A program made the position numbers and the translations under genes. A stretch of 54,929 nucleotides of DNA, filler included, from Catajapyx aquilonaris (lineage: Eukaryota), in assembly GCA_000934665.2 (NCBI GenBank). It is 4 parts of 4 records of this genome, joined end to end, with 100 filler letters (N's around TTAATTAATTAA, not from the genome) between each part and the next. Parts side by side here need not be neighbours in the genome. Positions count along the whole stretch, not along the records: positions 27,517 to 41,189 come from JYFJ02008026.1; positions 41,290 to 54,929 come from JYFJ02008027.1; 2 more parts are not named here. The stretch is one strand, 5' to 3'. Below, piece by piece: positions 36,022 through 47,439 of the stretch. Positions within the stretch are counted from its first letter, which is position 1, and each line of letters begins with the position of its first letter. The notes beneath the pieces are model-generated. The model was not told the DNA's origin. It saw nothing but the letters and a program-made list of their open reading frames with translations, and searched no databases.

Positions 36022-36441
36022 GCACTGGTATGACCCCTGTATGACCCGCAATGTCCCTTGCAACAATGGGACATGCACCTGACAAAATGAATAAAAAACT
36101 GTTGTTATCCCCTCAAGAGTAGTGTTGGAAATAATTTGCGCGAACTGTGTTGCGCACTCGGTTGCACTCATTTAAAAAAATTCAACTATAGATTTCAATT
36201 TCATATAGAGCAATGCAGATAGTTATGTTTGTTAGACTTGGACAATATTTGGGTCCAACGTGCCAATGCTCTTAACAATGATGCTAAATTTGTCAGTGTT
36301 ACCAGGCGGAATATATGACCTCTTTTGTTTGCCAAGGTTGTTCACACCTTATCCTTATCTGTTGTGTCCTATATCGCGATTGAAACAGGGGGGTTTAAAA
36401 AGGGTGAAAGGACGATACGTGTCCAGTCACATCCAAGCAAG

Positions 36442-37125
36442 ATGAGGTCCACGCTCGTATTGTTGGCAGCCATTGTTGCCCTGTTGGCTGGCGGGTCAGA
36501 GGGCAAGGAGTACGAGAGATGCGAGCTGGCTCGGGAGCTGAAGAACCGCTATGGGATGGACCGGGTTGCTGACTGTAAGTCACTGGTCGTCATCACCACT
36601 TAGCTAGGTGCATGTAGTACCACTTCCCCTCTCACGACCCTGAGAGTGGCAGAATGGTCCAGAGATGCGCCACCTATGTGAGGGACGTGGTACTACGTGG
36701 ACGTTATTTTCTCAGGGGTATGCTTGGCTTATGGAGAGAGCCGATACAAAACCGATGCCAAAGGTGGTCCCAACTCGGACGGAAGCTACGACTTCGGCAT
36801 ATTCCAGGTACATTCACACGTCAACTACTGTGTGAACTGGTAGTTAAACCGGTTTCATTTCACAGATCAACAACAGGTACTGGTGCTCCCCTGGTCAGTA
36901 CAACATATGCGGAATCACCTGCCAATGTAAGTCCCACGTTGACACTCTTTGGGTATCCACATATAATATCATGGCTCATTGGTTCCAGCATTGTTGGACG
37001 ACGACATCAGCAATGACGTGACATGTGCCAAGCTGATTGAAAGCCAGCAGGGCTTCCAGGCATGGACTGCCTGGAGGAACGGATGCCAGGGTGACGTCAG
37101 CGGATGGACAGCTGGCTGCTTCTGA
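36442..37125 (+). CDS. c-type lysozyme C, catalytic and acidic; exons 36442-36574, 36716-36807, 36866-36926, 36989-37125
   Basis: Signal peptide + KEYERCELARELKNRYGMDRVADWVCLAYGESRYKTDAKGGPNSDGSYDFGIFQINNRYWCSPGQYNICGITCQSLLDDDISNDVTCAKLIESQQGFQAWTAWRNGCQGDVSGWTAGCF*. Confidence 0.95.
36611..36699. repeat. Tiny inverted-repeat element in intron 1 of lysozyme C; related partial copy at about 37326-37400
   Basis: GTAGTACCAC.TCCC.CTCAC ... GTGAGGGACGTGGTACTAC; TAGTACCACT.CCCCT..TGAGAGTGGCAG recurs downstream of the gene. Confidence 0.65.
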
Positions 37126-38019
37126 TTCGTCCCAGTCAATGTTTGGCCACACCCCCAAATGACCAATATTCGCGCGTTGACAATAATATTAAAATATAAA
37201 TAAATAAATAAGTTAAATAAATACATCACACCTATAAAATAAATGCTACATAAATAACGTAAACTAAATAAAATATTACATTAATCGGCTTTGTCTCTCA
37301 TTCCAATATTGTTTGCCCAAGCTGATAGTACCACTACCCCTCACAGGATCTGAGAGTGGCAGTAGTGTGCAGAGAGGGAAGCTGCGTCATCTATGTGAGT
37401 AAAACAGGGACACATTTTTGCCAAGTGTTGGCAGTCTTAATTAATTAATTTACATTATGTGACACATGATTGACTTGTGTAACACCTGGTCTGCAATTAA
37501 AATGCTTGCATAAGTGTAAGGTACCGGTACCGTACGTTTTTTCTTCGTCTTTGTCCCGCACACTCCATAGTGCCATTCAAAGTGATGTAACACAATACAC
37601 ACATCAAGAATGATTGGTACAATCACATCAGCATACTCATTATTATTTGCACACATTTTCGCGGTTCTAAGCATACCAGTTTACAAAGCAGCACAATTAA
37701 CTGTTACGTAGTTATCGGACCTGGCAAACATGAGGCATGTCCTTTGTTGGGAAAGGTGTACGAAGCTGTAGAAGTGCGCAGGAATATGCGTTGCAAAAGG
37801 AAACAAGGAGTACATAAACACGCACAAAAATTCGTAAATGAAATACGAACATGGCGAAAATTCATTTATTCGTTCAGAGAAATAAATGCACAAATACCCA
37901 AATAATTAAATTTAACCTTAAATCATGTACAAGTGCAAAAAGACACAATTATGTAAATAAATAATGATAAATTTTAAATCCTCTAAGTAAAATCAGTAAA
38001 AACATATAAGTTACAATCA

Positions 38020-38422
38020 CATTTGTCACTACATTTTCATTGGTCACTTGCCCAAGAATATATTGTGACCTCAACAATATTATAATCGACTGCCCTTGGC
38101 CGACTCCCTCTCGTACCTTTTACACTTATACAAAAACGTATATCATTGGTTTGGGCTGTCCTGCGGGGAAAACCCTTACGCAGTCCTGGAAATACACTGC
38201 GACAACTGTGAAAAACCACAATTCTTGATTTAAGTGTCGTATCTCCCAAAATTTGAGTTTTCTCAAAAGTTGTACGTGATAGAGCCATTCTGACTTCACA
38301 TCTGGATTCAGCACACCTTAATCTATATAGTGCATCTGCTTTTACCCAAAAGAGGATTTTGCTGCAGAACATGCTGAGGTCCCAATATATTCTTGGGCAT
38401 GTGACTGAGCAAGTGACAAATG
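38020..38422. mobile_element. MITE-like element with inverted termini
   Basis: CATTTGTCACT..GTCAC.TGCCCAAGAATATATTG.GACCTCA / TGAGGTCCCAATATATTCTTGGGCATGTGAC..AGTGACAAATG. Confidence 0.7.
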
Positions 38423-39917
38423 AAGTGCTACAAAAGTTTATCTTTACATTTTAGAGGGAAACTAATTCCATAGGCGCATTTGCCTGGCGATTCCCTTACT
38501 TTTGATATATATGTTCATTGGGTTTTGACCACTTCCACTAACCGAAATAAATTCTCCAAAAGATGCCTCATTTTCAGCCGTTTCCAGATGTTTGCAATTT
38601 CCCCCCTCATCATAGTATTGAGAAATATGGCTGAATTTTTATAGGCAGCATTAAGGAATAGATGAGTACATCTGGGATTATTTTCACCGAGATCCGAGGC
38701 GGTCTCGCAACATTTAGGCTCACTTGATTCGTAAAGACCCCAAGTAAACAGTCCAAAGTTTTAAAATGATATATCTCAAAAACTGTGCGTGATAGAGCAA
38801 ATCTGTTTCCGGATTCGGATTCCGCACCCCAAAACCCATAAAAAGCACAGGTTTTCAAAAGTGTTTTTCTTTGCCGAAAGTGTTATTTGTACAAAAATTT
38901 TCTATCTCTTTAGTTCTCTTGAGTCTTGAGGTATCTTTGAGTTACCAAACAATTCAGATACGCGTACTCGGCAATAGGTGTCAATGACTGTTTACCAGTT
39001 TTTTATGTTAGGGGATCAAAATGTGCACATATGGGTGGGCAGGGGTTTAATATTGTTTAATTATAAATTAGAGGTCACGAATTTAACGAGACGATTTTCT
39101 GGGGTTCCCAACGAAAGAGATTGGGAAGCACTATGGTTCAGCCACATTTTGGCCCACATGATTAGGAAAGACACGTATTATGCTATCCTGTTTCGCGACT
39201 TTTATTTTCTTCCGACAAACCTTACATCATGCAACTTCACCAGATGTCCATTGTTATCACAACCTTCCTCCATAGGATATTAAAGGTAGCACTTCCTCAT
39301 TCCAAGATATGTTGTACAACATGTACACTGAAATTCTAACCAATTTGAATATATTACAGCACATGCTCCTGTGCGTGTATTTTAATTTAAAAGTTCCTTC
39401 ATCGGACATGAATACTCCTTTAAATCATGCTGTTGACATATGTCTACATGCCACACACGTGTTCCTATGGTCAGTTTTTTGTGTAGATTTTTGTCACCAT
39501 CTCCTTAGCTCCAGAATAGGGCTAACCAGGAAACCCACATATATGTCAATCGGTTTATCATGTAATATCTCTCAGGTCTCAGGATGATATAAGTATTAAT
39601 GTAAGGTACCGTACGGTGCGTTTTTTCCTCATCTTTTGTCCCGTACACTGCGTAGTGCTCCGATAGTGCCATTCAAACTGATGTAACACACATCAAGAAT
39701 GATTGGCACGCTCATTGCTTCATTATTTGCACACATTTTAGCGGTTCTATAAGCACCGCTAGATCAAACCAGTTTACAACGCAGGGCAATCAATTGTTAC
39801 GTTATCAAACGTGGCAAACATGAGGCACCTCCTTTGTTGGAAAAGATACAAGTATATACGAAGTTGCACAAGTGCACAAGAAGTTGTTGCAAAAATATTC
39901 GCCAATTTTCTTCAGCC

Positions 39918-40608
39918 ATGAGAGGACTTGCACTTGTCCTGTTGGTCATCTGGGTGACCTCCGTGGCCGATGGAAGGAGGTATGGGCGATGCGAGCTGGC
40001 CAGGCAGCTGGTCAATTGCGGGATACCCAGGTCAAAGGTCGCTGACTGTAAGTGTGACAGGAAATGTGCAGATATTTGTCACTTATTTCTGTCTGGTTGC
40101 AGGGGTGTGTTTGGCTGAAGCTGAGAGCCGTTTGAACACCGGTGTCAGAAGCGGGCCGGATCGGGATGGAAGCTACAACTTTGGCATATTTCAGGCGAGT
40201 TATTACGAAATATATTTAATAATTCTATCACATTAAATCCCACACTATAACCGAAAAACATTAAAAGAGCATCACCGGTGAGTGTCTCGTGGAACATCAA
40301 TTTTTAATGCTCTTCTAATGCTCTTTTATTATAGATAAACGGCTATCACTGGTGCGGTCCTGAAGGGTACAACAACTGCGGGATCAGGTGCTCATGTAAG
40401 TGCTCCTTCCAAAAAGTTCTTCTCAACAATCAGTTTGCAACAATTGTCCGCGTTTTTGGCAGCATTGTTGGACAACAACATTAAGGACGACCTGAGGTGC
40501 GCCAAGTTGATCTACAGCCGTCGAGGAGGATTCAACGCATGGGTTGGCTGGAGGTACAACTGCAAGGGACGGAAGGTGTCGTACTACGTCAAGGACTGCT
40601 CGTTCTAA
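39918..40608 (+). CDS. c-type lysozyme D (Asp52->Asn, ninth Cys, GC-AG intron 2); exons 39918-40047, 40103-40194, 40335-40395, 40463-40608
   Basis: Signal peptide + RRYGRCELARQLVNCGIPRSKVADWVCLAEAESRLNTGVRSGPDRDGSYNFGIFQINGYHWCGPEGYNNCGIRCSSLLDNNIKDDLRCAKLIYSRRGGFNAWVGWRYNCKGRKVSYYVKDCSF*. Confidence 0.92.
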
Positions 40609-40706
40609 TCACCTTGTTAATTAGGCAATTAAAAAGGACCCACCATTAACCATTCTCGCAGCATCAAAATTTTCGTTTCATTTCTGTTATTTTCGGACTT
40701 TTCCAG

Positions 40707-40741
<35 letters not shown>

Positions 40742-40776
40742 GTACTTAAGCACTGAAGTAGGGAGCATATACTACA

Positions 40777-41096
40777 TAAGAGGCGCAAACATTCGATTTC
40801 CACGTCTCTCTGTTTGGCGCGTTGCCAAGGCTGACGGCCATTTTGAAGTGTGGGCAACGCCAACGAGGTATAAATAGGGTACAGGCAAAAATAGGGACCG
40901 CCATCTTTGATTCGCGCGTGTTCTTGCCGTGCATTTGGCCGCCAAAATCTTCAAAGATGGCGGACCCTATTTTTGCCTCTACCCTACTTATACCTTGTTG
41001 GCGTTACCCACACTTCAAAATGGCCGCCAGCCTTGGCAACGGCCCCAAACAGAGGGACGCGAACATCAAAGGCGCCGACAGAAGTTTGCGCCTCTT
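40777..41096. mobile_element. Palindromic MITE-like element
   Basis: AAGAGGCGCAAAC..GTTGCCAAGGCTG.CGGCCATTTTGAAGTGTGGG..CCGCCATCTTTGA, mirrored by TCAAAGATGGCGG..CCCACACTTCAAAATGGCCG..GTTTGCGCCTCTT. Confidence 0.8.
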
Positions 41097-41189
41097 CTAA
41101 TATATATAAAGCCCCACGCCGAGGAGGAGGATATAGGATGAAAAAGATTTCGCACTTCCCGGGGTCGGAGAGACGTCGGACTTACGCCG

Positions 41190-41289
41190 NNNNNNNNNNN
41201 NNNNNNNNNNNNNNNNNNNNNNNNNNNNNNNNNTTAATTAATTAANNNNNNNNNNNNNNNNNNNNNNNNNNNNNNNNNNNNNNNNNNNN
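41190..41289. other. Artificial contig spacer
   Basis: 44 N + TTAATTAATTAA + 44 N. Confidence 0.98.
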
Positions 41290-42884
41290 TTGGCCCAAAC
41301 TTTGGAGGCCTCGTGAGCCATAACCATGCATCATAGAGCAATATGACCTTCACTTCCATATACTGGTTTTTCACAAGGAATCTCGCTACCTGAAGCTTGT
41401 GCGCCATTTACTGACCACCCTGTATATGCCATATATCCACATACATCCTCATTGACACCACTGGTTGTAGGTAGGGTGGCACAGTGGATAATGATTAGCC
41501 ACAGACTTCCATCTTGGATCTCTTCCATTCCATCTGCAGGTCTGAGAGAAGTCCTCATCTGGGCAGAGTGTCAATGGGTTCTCTGTTAGCTTAGGGTTTG
41601 TCAGTGTTCTTCCTCCTCCTGAAATCAAGCTCATGCTCCATCAACAGTGTGGGCATGAACATGTTAAAGGCATGCTGTGAACCACTTGGGGTGACCAATG
41701 CCACACCCAGTACCACAAGTTTCTGGCCACTCATAGAGTCCATCATGATTGTGGATGTGAGGAACAGAGATTGGAAGTACTGAAGGGTATATTTTTGTGG
41801 TCAAATGCCACATCATTCTTTTTGATCCTCTACAGTTTAGAATATAACAAACAGTGATAGATTAATAGTGATCTTACATGAAACAATATTGTCAGCCACT
41901 CCTCTCAAGGAAAGGCATGTGAGACCTGTGAAAAGAAGAAGTGATTTTTTCAGGGTCTTAAATAATAGGAGTTGTCATTAATAACAGTGTTTCTCCAACT
42001 ATGGTGACAAAGGGCCTTTTAAAAATCCGAGTTAGAAACTGTAGCTCTTTTTACAATCTTATTTTTATGAAATCAACAGATTAGCCTGCCTTCTTATCCA
42101 TTGGTAAAAGTTCATGTTCATTCACACACTGGGATTCTCCTGAAACTAGGGTACTCTCTTATGTGCAAGTTGTAACCGTTTGAAAAAGTCAATTGTCTAT
42201 ATATGGAAATCAGCAACTAGGTGGAGCTAGCTTAGAGTCCTGGCAACAGATTCAATTTCTAATGATGTTCAACGTAAATGTCAGATGTTAGCAGTTGCAA
42301 ATGGAGTCCTAGGGCCCCCATATCTGCAGGTGATTGGTTCCAAGGTGCTACCCACCACCCCCTCCCTGCAGATGAACCTATCCCATATGATGAGTTTAAT
42401 TTACAAACTATTGAATTGAGTGTGTTGCTAAACTCACTGATTGAATTCCATTCAGATGCAGGAATGACTGCAGAAGAGGACAGAATTACGAAGAATGTCA
42501 GGCCCAAACATCCATGCTATATCCTGCGGCAGAGATGATTAGAGCTTCAGACTATACTAGGCTAAGCGTGTAGGAGAATGGGGAGAGGCCTTGCACATGG
42601 AGTGGGCTCCTTAGGACTTGGCATCTTATACATTGATCTCATTCAATATGTGGATTTCTGTGGTGTCACCCACTAAACAAGAAATAGGAAAAAAGAAAAA
42701 AGAAAGATGTATGTCACATTAGGTATAAGTGCAGGAAGAAAGGGAGTGATGCGTAAGCATCTATCTGTTTTTCAAATCATCCATTTTTGATGATGTACAA
42801 TGGGTACTTCCTGTACTTGCATAGTAATTAATGCATTGAAAGTTCCCTGAGGTTATTATAAAGGAAAATTTGTTTACTTTACAG

Positions 42885-42947
42885 GTGTGAGCATATTCCC
42901 TTCTTCTGCTGGATCATCCCAGGAAGGATCTCAGGACTACAGCCACG
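42885..42947 (+). CDS. 63-bp phase 1-1 exon, likely the last common (linker) exon of a multi-isoform zinc-finger gene
   Basis: TTTACTTTACAG|..VSIFPSSAGSSQEGSQDYSH(G)|GTAAGA. Its phase-1 donor is in frame with every downstream terminal exon. Confidence 0.65.
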
Positions 42948-43951
42948 GTAAGAAAAGTTTTTCCGATATTTACTTAAAGTTCTGCTTGCTGCTTAGAGTA
43001 TAAAGTTTAAAACTTGAACAATTTTGTCTTAAGATCCTTACTGCAAGCTGCAAGCAGGACTCTTATTGCATGATTCAACCACAGTAGTTGCTTTGCTTCT
43101 ACATCCTGTCAGTTGTGGAGACCCAAAAATCCATGAAGGGCACTAAGTGAATGTAGGGAGCAGTGCTAAAGAAAGAATGCAAGTTAAATTAATATCTGAA
43201 TGAATGAAAAACCCAAACCTTGGAGGAAGAAATATTTCAACTGGTGTTGAAAACATTATATGATGGTGTGAATCTGAGTCACATGTTAGGCGCAACATGA
43301 AGTCATAAGTAGTAGTATTTTCCTAGTCTTATATTCAGGAAGGCTCTTGTTATTGGATGGCTCTTTTCTACTATGGGCATTCCTAAAGCTCTTCTTATTA
43401 AGTATTTGTTTGAGGGAGGTTCTGTTAAGGTTTCTATTAGGTTGTGTGAAATTGTTGGTCTACAATATTATGCCTTGATTTAGTGACAAAACTGGGTTCT
43501 ACACTAAGCTTGTAAGTGTTGTAACTGGATGGAAGTGTGGCTCCTCCCTGCGAGCACGGCTCCACATGATAAATTTATTTAACATTTTGAATTGATATGT
43601 GATACTTAGGATGAAAGTAGCTGAATTTTATCCTGCCATAAGAGTTTGTTGGAATTGTAGTCCTAAGCACACTTGTTGTATGATTTTTTGGAAGATTTTT
43701 CTGTTGGAAGCATGTGAAGTAATGTAAATGGCTATTCAGGTGGGATGGTTTTGCCTACGTAAACAGAGGAGTGACACATAGTTTTAAATAGCTGTCTTGG
43801 TTGCATATGTGGAAACTACAGAGCAGTGCAAAGCTATCTGTAAACCCTGTTAACTGGTGCTGTAATATGTTATGCCAGAGAAAATGTATAAAAGGTTGGT
43901 GAGATTGCCTTCCCTCCATTTCCCTCCCTTTATTCTTATGGCCCCACACAG

Positions 43952-44334
43952 TAAAGGGTGAAGTCAGAGGAGGGCAAGAAAGCAATGGAGGGCCCTGGGA
44001 ACAAAGAAGAAGTGTCAGGAACAGTGTTCATGATGGTGGTGGTAATGATGGTGGTGGAGGTGGTGATGGTGGTGGCAGCAGTAAGGTGATGTTGCGTGGT
44101 TGGCCGTCCTCCCCTTCCTCCTCCTCCCCTGCTTTGAAGCCAAGAAGTTGGCATGCGGTGGACTACCTGCCTCCTACGCAGAAGAAGGCCCGTCCGCAGA
44201 GGCGGTGTTTAGTGTGTTTCCGCACCCAGGGTATCCGAAGGGATGTCTGCACTTGGTGTTCGCAGTGCCAGGTTGCCCTCTGTAAGGCCCCTTGCTTCCA
44301 GGTGTTTCATGGGAACCCAGCCAGTTTTGTTTGA
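43952..44334 (+). CDS. Putative alternative terminal exon: Gly-rich linker + piggyBac transposase C-terminal cysteine-rich zinc-binding domain
   Basis: Pyrimidine tract..CCCCACACAG| phase 1, open to TGA: VKGEVRGG..DGGGGGDGGGSSKVMLRGWPSS..WHAVDYLPPTQKKARPQRRCLVCFRTQGIRRDVCTWCSQCQVALCKAPCFQVFHGNPASFV*. Confidence 0.7.
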
Positions 44335-45381
44335 GGAGATGCTTGAAGCTGCATTGATTGAAATTGAAATGATTGATTGAAAGTCACAGTCCTTGCATTT
44401 TTAACCCTTTTGTGCAGTTTTAGTAACACTGTTAAAGAAAAACACACACTCAAAAGCATTATGCATTGTTGCAGTCATATTGTTACATCTTAAGAGAAAT
44501 TTGTTATCTTGTTCAGACCTAGTGTATCTTCACTTGCTCCACTGAAAAGAAGATACCAGTTGTGGCTAATTAAGGCAGACCAGTGCACTTTACGTGGATA
44601 TTGGCTACGAAAAGTCTATGAACAAAAATGCTAGGAGTTCCTAAAAGCTTCTCGTCTGCATCTTTGGTGCAGCCACCATTAGCGGGAGTGTGACACGGGA
44701 ATGTGGAACATGTATCCATACAAGTGCTGATAATACCTGTACCACCCACATGCCAGGGAGTTAAGCAAAAGGGGGAGAAGGAGAGCACTTTTGGGGATCC
44801 ATTGGTAGGAGAGACGCTTTAGAATACATAGCATTTTTGTTTGCGTGACTTTTTGTAAGCTTATTCCCATGCTGTTCATTGGTCTGCTTTTATTTTACCC
44901 AACCTTGTAATACATACTCATAAGTGGCGCAACCTATTGCATTTAAAAATCTTGGTGTATGCAAAATTATTATTGTCTGCAAAGTACATACAGCGTGCGA
45001 AATTTTTACATTTTTCAAAACATTCCATGTGATAAGTTTTGGAGTCAGTGTAGTACAAGTGAAAGTGTAATTATTCTAATTTGTTTGGTTTTTAAATTGC
45101 ATATGACAAGGTGGCATTTGTCATCTCTAGGCACAATATTAACATTTCCTGTTTGAAGAAGTACCATTTGAACATGTACACAGGATTCTCCAACACGTTC
45201 ATTTCGATGGGGTATTTTTTCACACTTAAAGCTACTAATATTTAGGCATTACTTTTGGACAGTCACAGTTCTTGTAGGACTATAATAATGTTGGATTATT
45301 AGGTAGAATGGCTTTTATCATGTGTAGTCATTACACATGTGGGTCAACTCTGAAAAATCTATTTAGTCACACCACCTTATG

Positions 45382-45496
45382 TACAGTGGTGGAAATAAAT
45401 AGCTATCCACAAGAAGTATTGCCACCTCGTAGAGCTTTTCCTTTACAAGAAGCAGCTTCATGTAAAGCTGGATATCCATTAATTTCCACCACTGTA
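45382..45496. mobile_element. 115-bp Tc1-like MITE
   Basis: TA|CAGTGGTGGAAATAAAT ... ATTAATTTCCACCACTG|TA. Confidence 0.75.
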
Positions 45497-46472
45497 TCAA
45501 TGAATATAATGAGGTATTCACTTAGAAATGAAATATAATTTGGGGCCTGAAGCGATACTGCCATTCCACCTAATATTAGGCCATAGACCACAATGTAACA
45601 GTGTGAAAGTAAATGCTTAAAAATAAGCACCTTAGTGTGAAAAAATTCCAACTAAAATGGCACATCTAGTCTTTGGAAAACACTGCATGACCACGCAGAA
45701 CTAGTGACGAACTTTCAATTTGTCGGAACCGGGGTTTCTGGATTGATGTGTTAATGGATTTCTTGCACACCAAAGCAAAATGTATCAGTATTTTTGTATG
45801 GTCTGGTCTAGTGATACGGCTCCAAGAAAATGCTTGTTGTTCTTGTTGGGAAATTACCATGAATACCTTTAGTAAATTGAAAACTACCTCAGACTTTGCA
45901 GGCAAGTGGAAACTTGCGAGTGGGATGAAACTGGTACTCATGTGAGGTATGACAAAGTCCATGCACACCGTGTGGCAGTGATGCCATTTTCCTGTCAGAG
46001 GGAATAGTCATGATAGTGCAGTATTGCTGAACATGTACTGAATGAGAAACTGCATTTATCTTCGCAATTTATGTAATTTTATCTCAAGTTGAGATTGTTT
46101 TAAGCCATTGTTGTATATATTTTTTACTACTATGGTTATGTGTTATGAAAGAGTATTTATAACAATCTCAGGTGAAGAAAATAATCAGAGGCATAAAAAT
46201 GAACCAGTATTAGCACAGTTCCTACTGAATCATGCATCTGCCCATCTTCTCTCTCCATCAAACAGCAAGTGATGTTTCATTAAGCCATCCCACTATCATC
46301 ACCCAACTGCTTATTTATTTTCCTACGATTAATTTATGTTTTGGTGGGAGATGGGTACAATATTTTTCTGCATCCAGTGACATTAGATTTAGCATGCAAT
46401 ATATGTGTGCTGCTGTTGTGAGTAGAGGAATCTCTAGCGGTGATTACATGCGAGGTGTTCTTGCATTTTCAG

Positions 46473-46618
46473 GCGGCTTCTTGGCGGCTCACTATATCCG
46501 CCCCTTTGTATGCCGCATCTGTGGCTTTGTCACAGAATCCCGCAGAGTTTTCTCCCGTCACCAGTGGGACAATCATGCCTCCCGAAAAGTTAGTGAACTA
46601 GTGAGAATGGTGAAGTGA
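46473..46618 (+). CDS. Alternative terminal exon, single C2H2 finger
   Basis: TTGCATTTTCAG| phase 1: GGFLAAHYIRPFVCRICGFVTESRRVFSRHQWDNHASRKVSELVRMVK*. Confidence 0.72.
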
Positions 46619-47170
46619 GGATGAGCTTGGATGTTTCATGCACTTGATGTTTGTTTCTTTCAACTCAATTTAAAGGTTACTGCATATAGGATATCTACAT
46701 CTTAAACAGCAAAATGAATATGATGCAAATGTTAGATAGAAGACATTATTATAATTGTGAGAAGTAGACCTAGCTTCGATAATAATCTGTATGTCTTAGT
46801 ATACCAGTTTTCAGTGAGCAGTGTTGTGATAATGACAGCTGTACATGAAATACAGCAATAAAGCAAGGTCACTTGGCAGCTAGAAGTACTAATTAGTGTT
46901 TACCCAACATTTAGCCAAAACGGGGGCAATAATGGTGCCATGTTGCTGAAACTGAATTACATACTGCAATAATTGAGCACAGATGCATGAGGTGGAAGCT
47001 TAGATCTTTCATTTCTAGAGTGACGGGAGGATACTGATGAACCCATTTAAGGAATCATGGTGGAATGGACAGATAAGTCCACATATTTTAATAGTATAAA
47101 AGTACAATTTAAATAAAAGAAACAAGACAAAGGATGGTGGACTTCTGAAGCAAGTTGTCCTCTATTTCAG

Positions 47171-47439
47171 GTGAGTCCACCTGTCACGTTGCTCCTACCA
47201 TTCCGTCAGTGCAACTGAAGTGCCTCAGTTGCAGTAAGGAATTCAGCAGTTACCCCAATCTTTACAAGCACTTTAAGCGCATGCATTCAGACAGAAAATA
47301 CAAGTGCCCAGTGTGCGGTAGAGAATTTTCAGCTGCATTTGATTTGAGATTCCACGTGCGTACTAAGCACCATGAACTCTCTGATGAGGTGCTGCATGTC
47401 GCATTGACCCAATCCAGTTCTTCAGCAGGGGAGATTTAA
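47171..47439 (+). CDS. Alternative terminal exon, two C2H2 fingers
   Basis: CTCTATTTCAG| phase 1: GESTCH..LKCLSCSKEFSSYPNLYKHFKRMHSDRKYKCPVCGREFSAAFDLRFHVRTKHHE..GEI*. Confidence 0.85.

Noticed and set aside
41450..42538. Exon-like stretches at about 41780-41590 (minus) and 42330-42538 (plus)
   Set aside because: Plausible acceptors, but no recognisable domain or consistent donor; not supportable from sequence alone.
44401..44764. TTAACCC at 44401 and GGGAGTTAA near 44760 as piggyBac ends for the cysteine-rich domain
   Set aside because: They are not complementary beyond a few bases, and the first is oriented as a left end downstream of the domain, so they do not delimit an element containing it.
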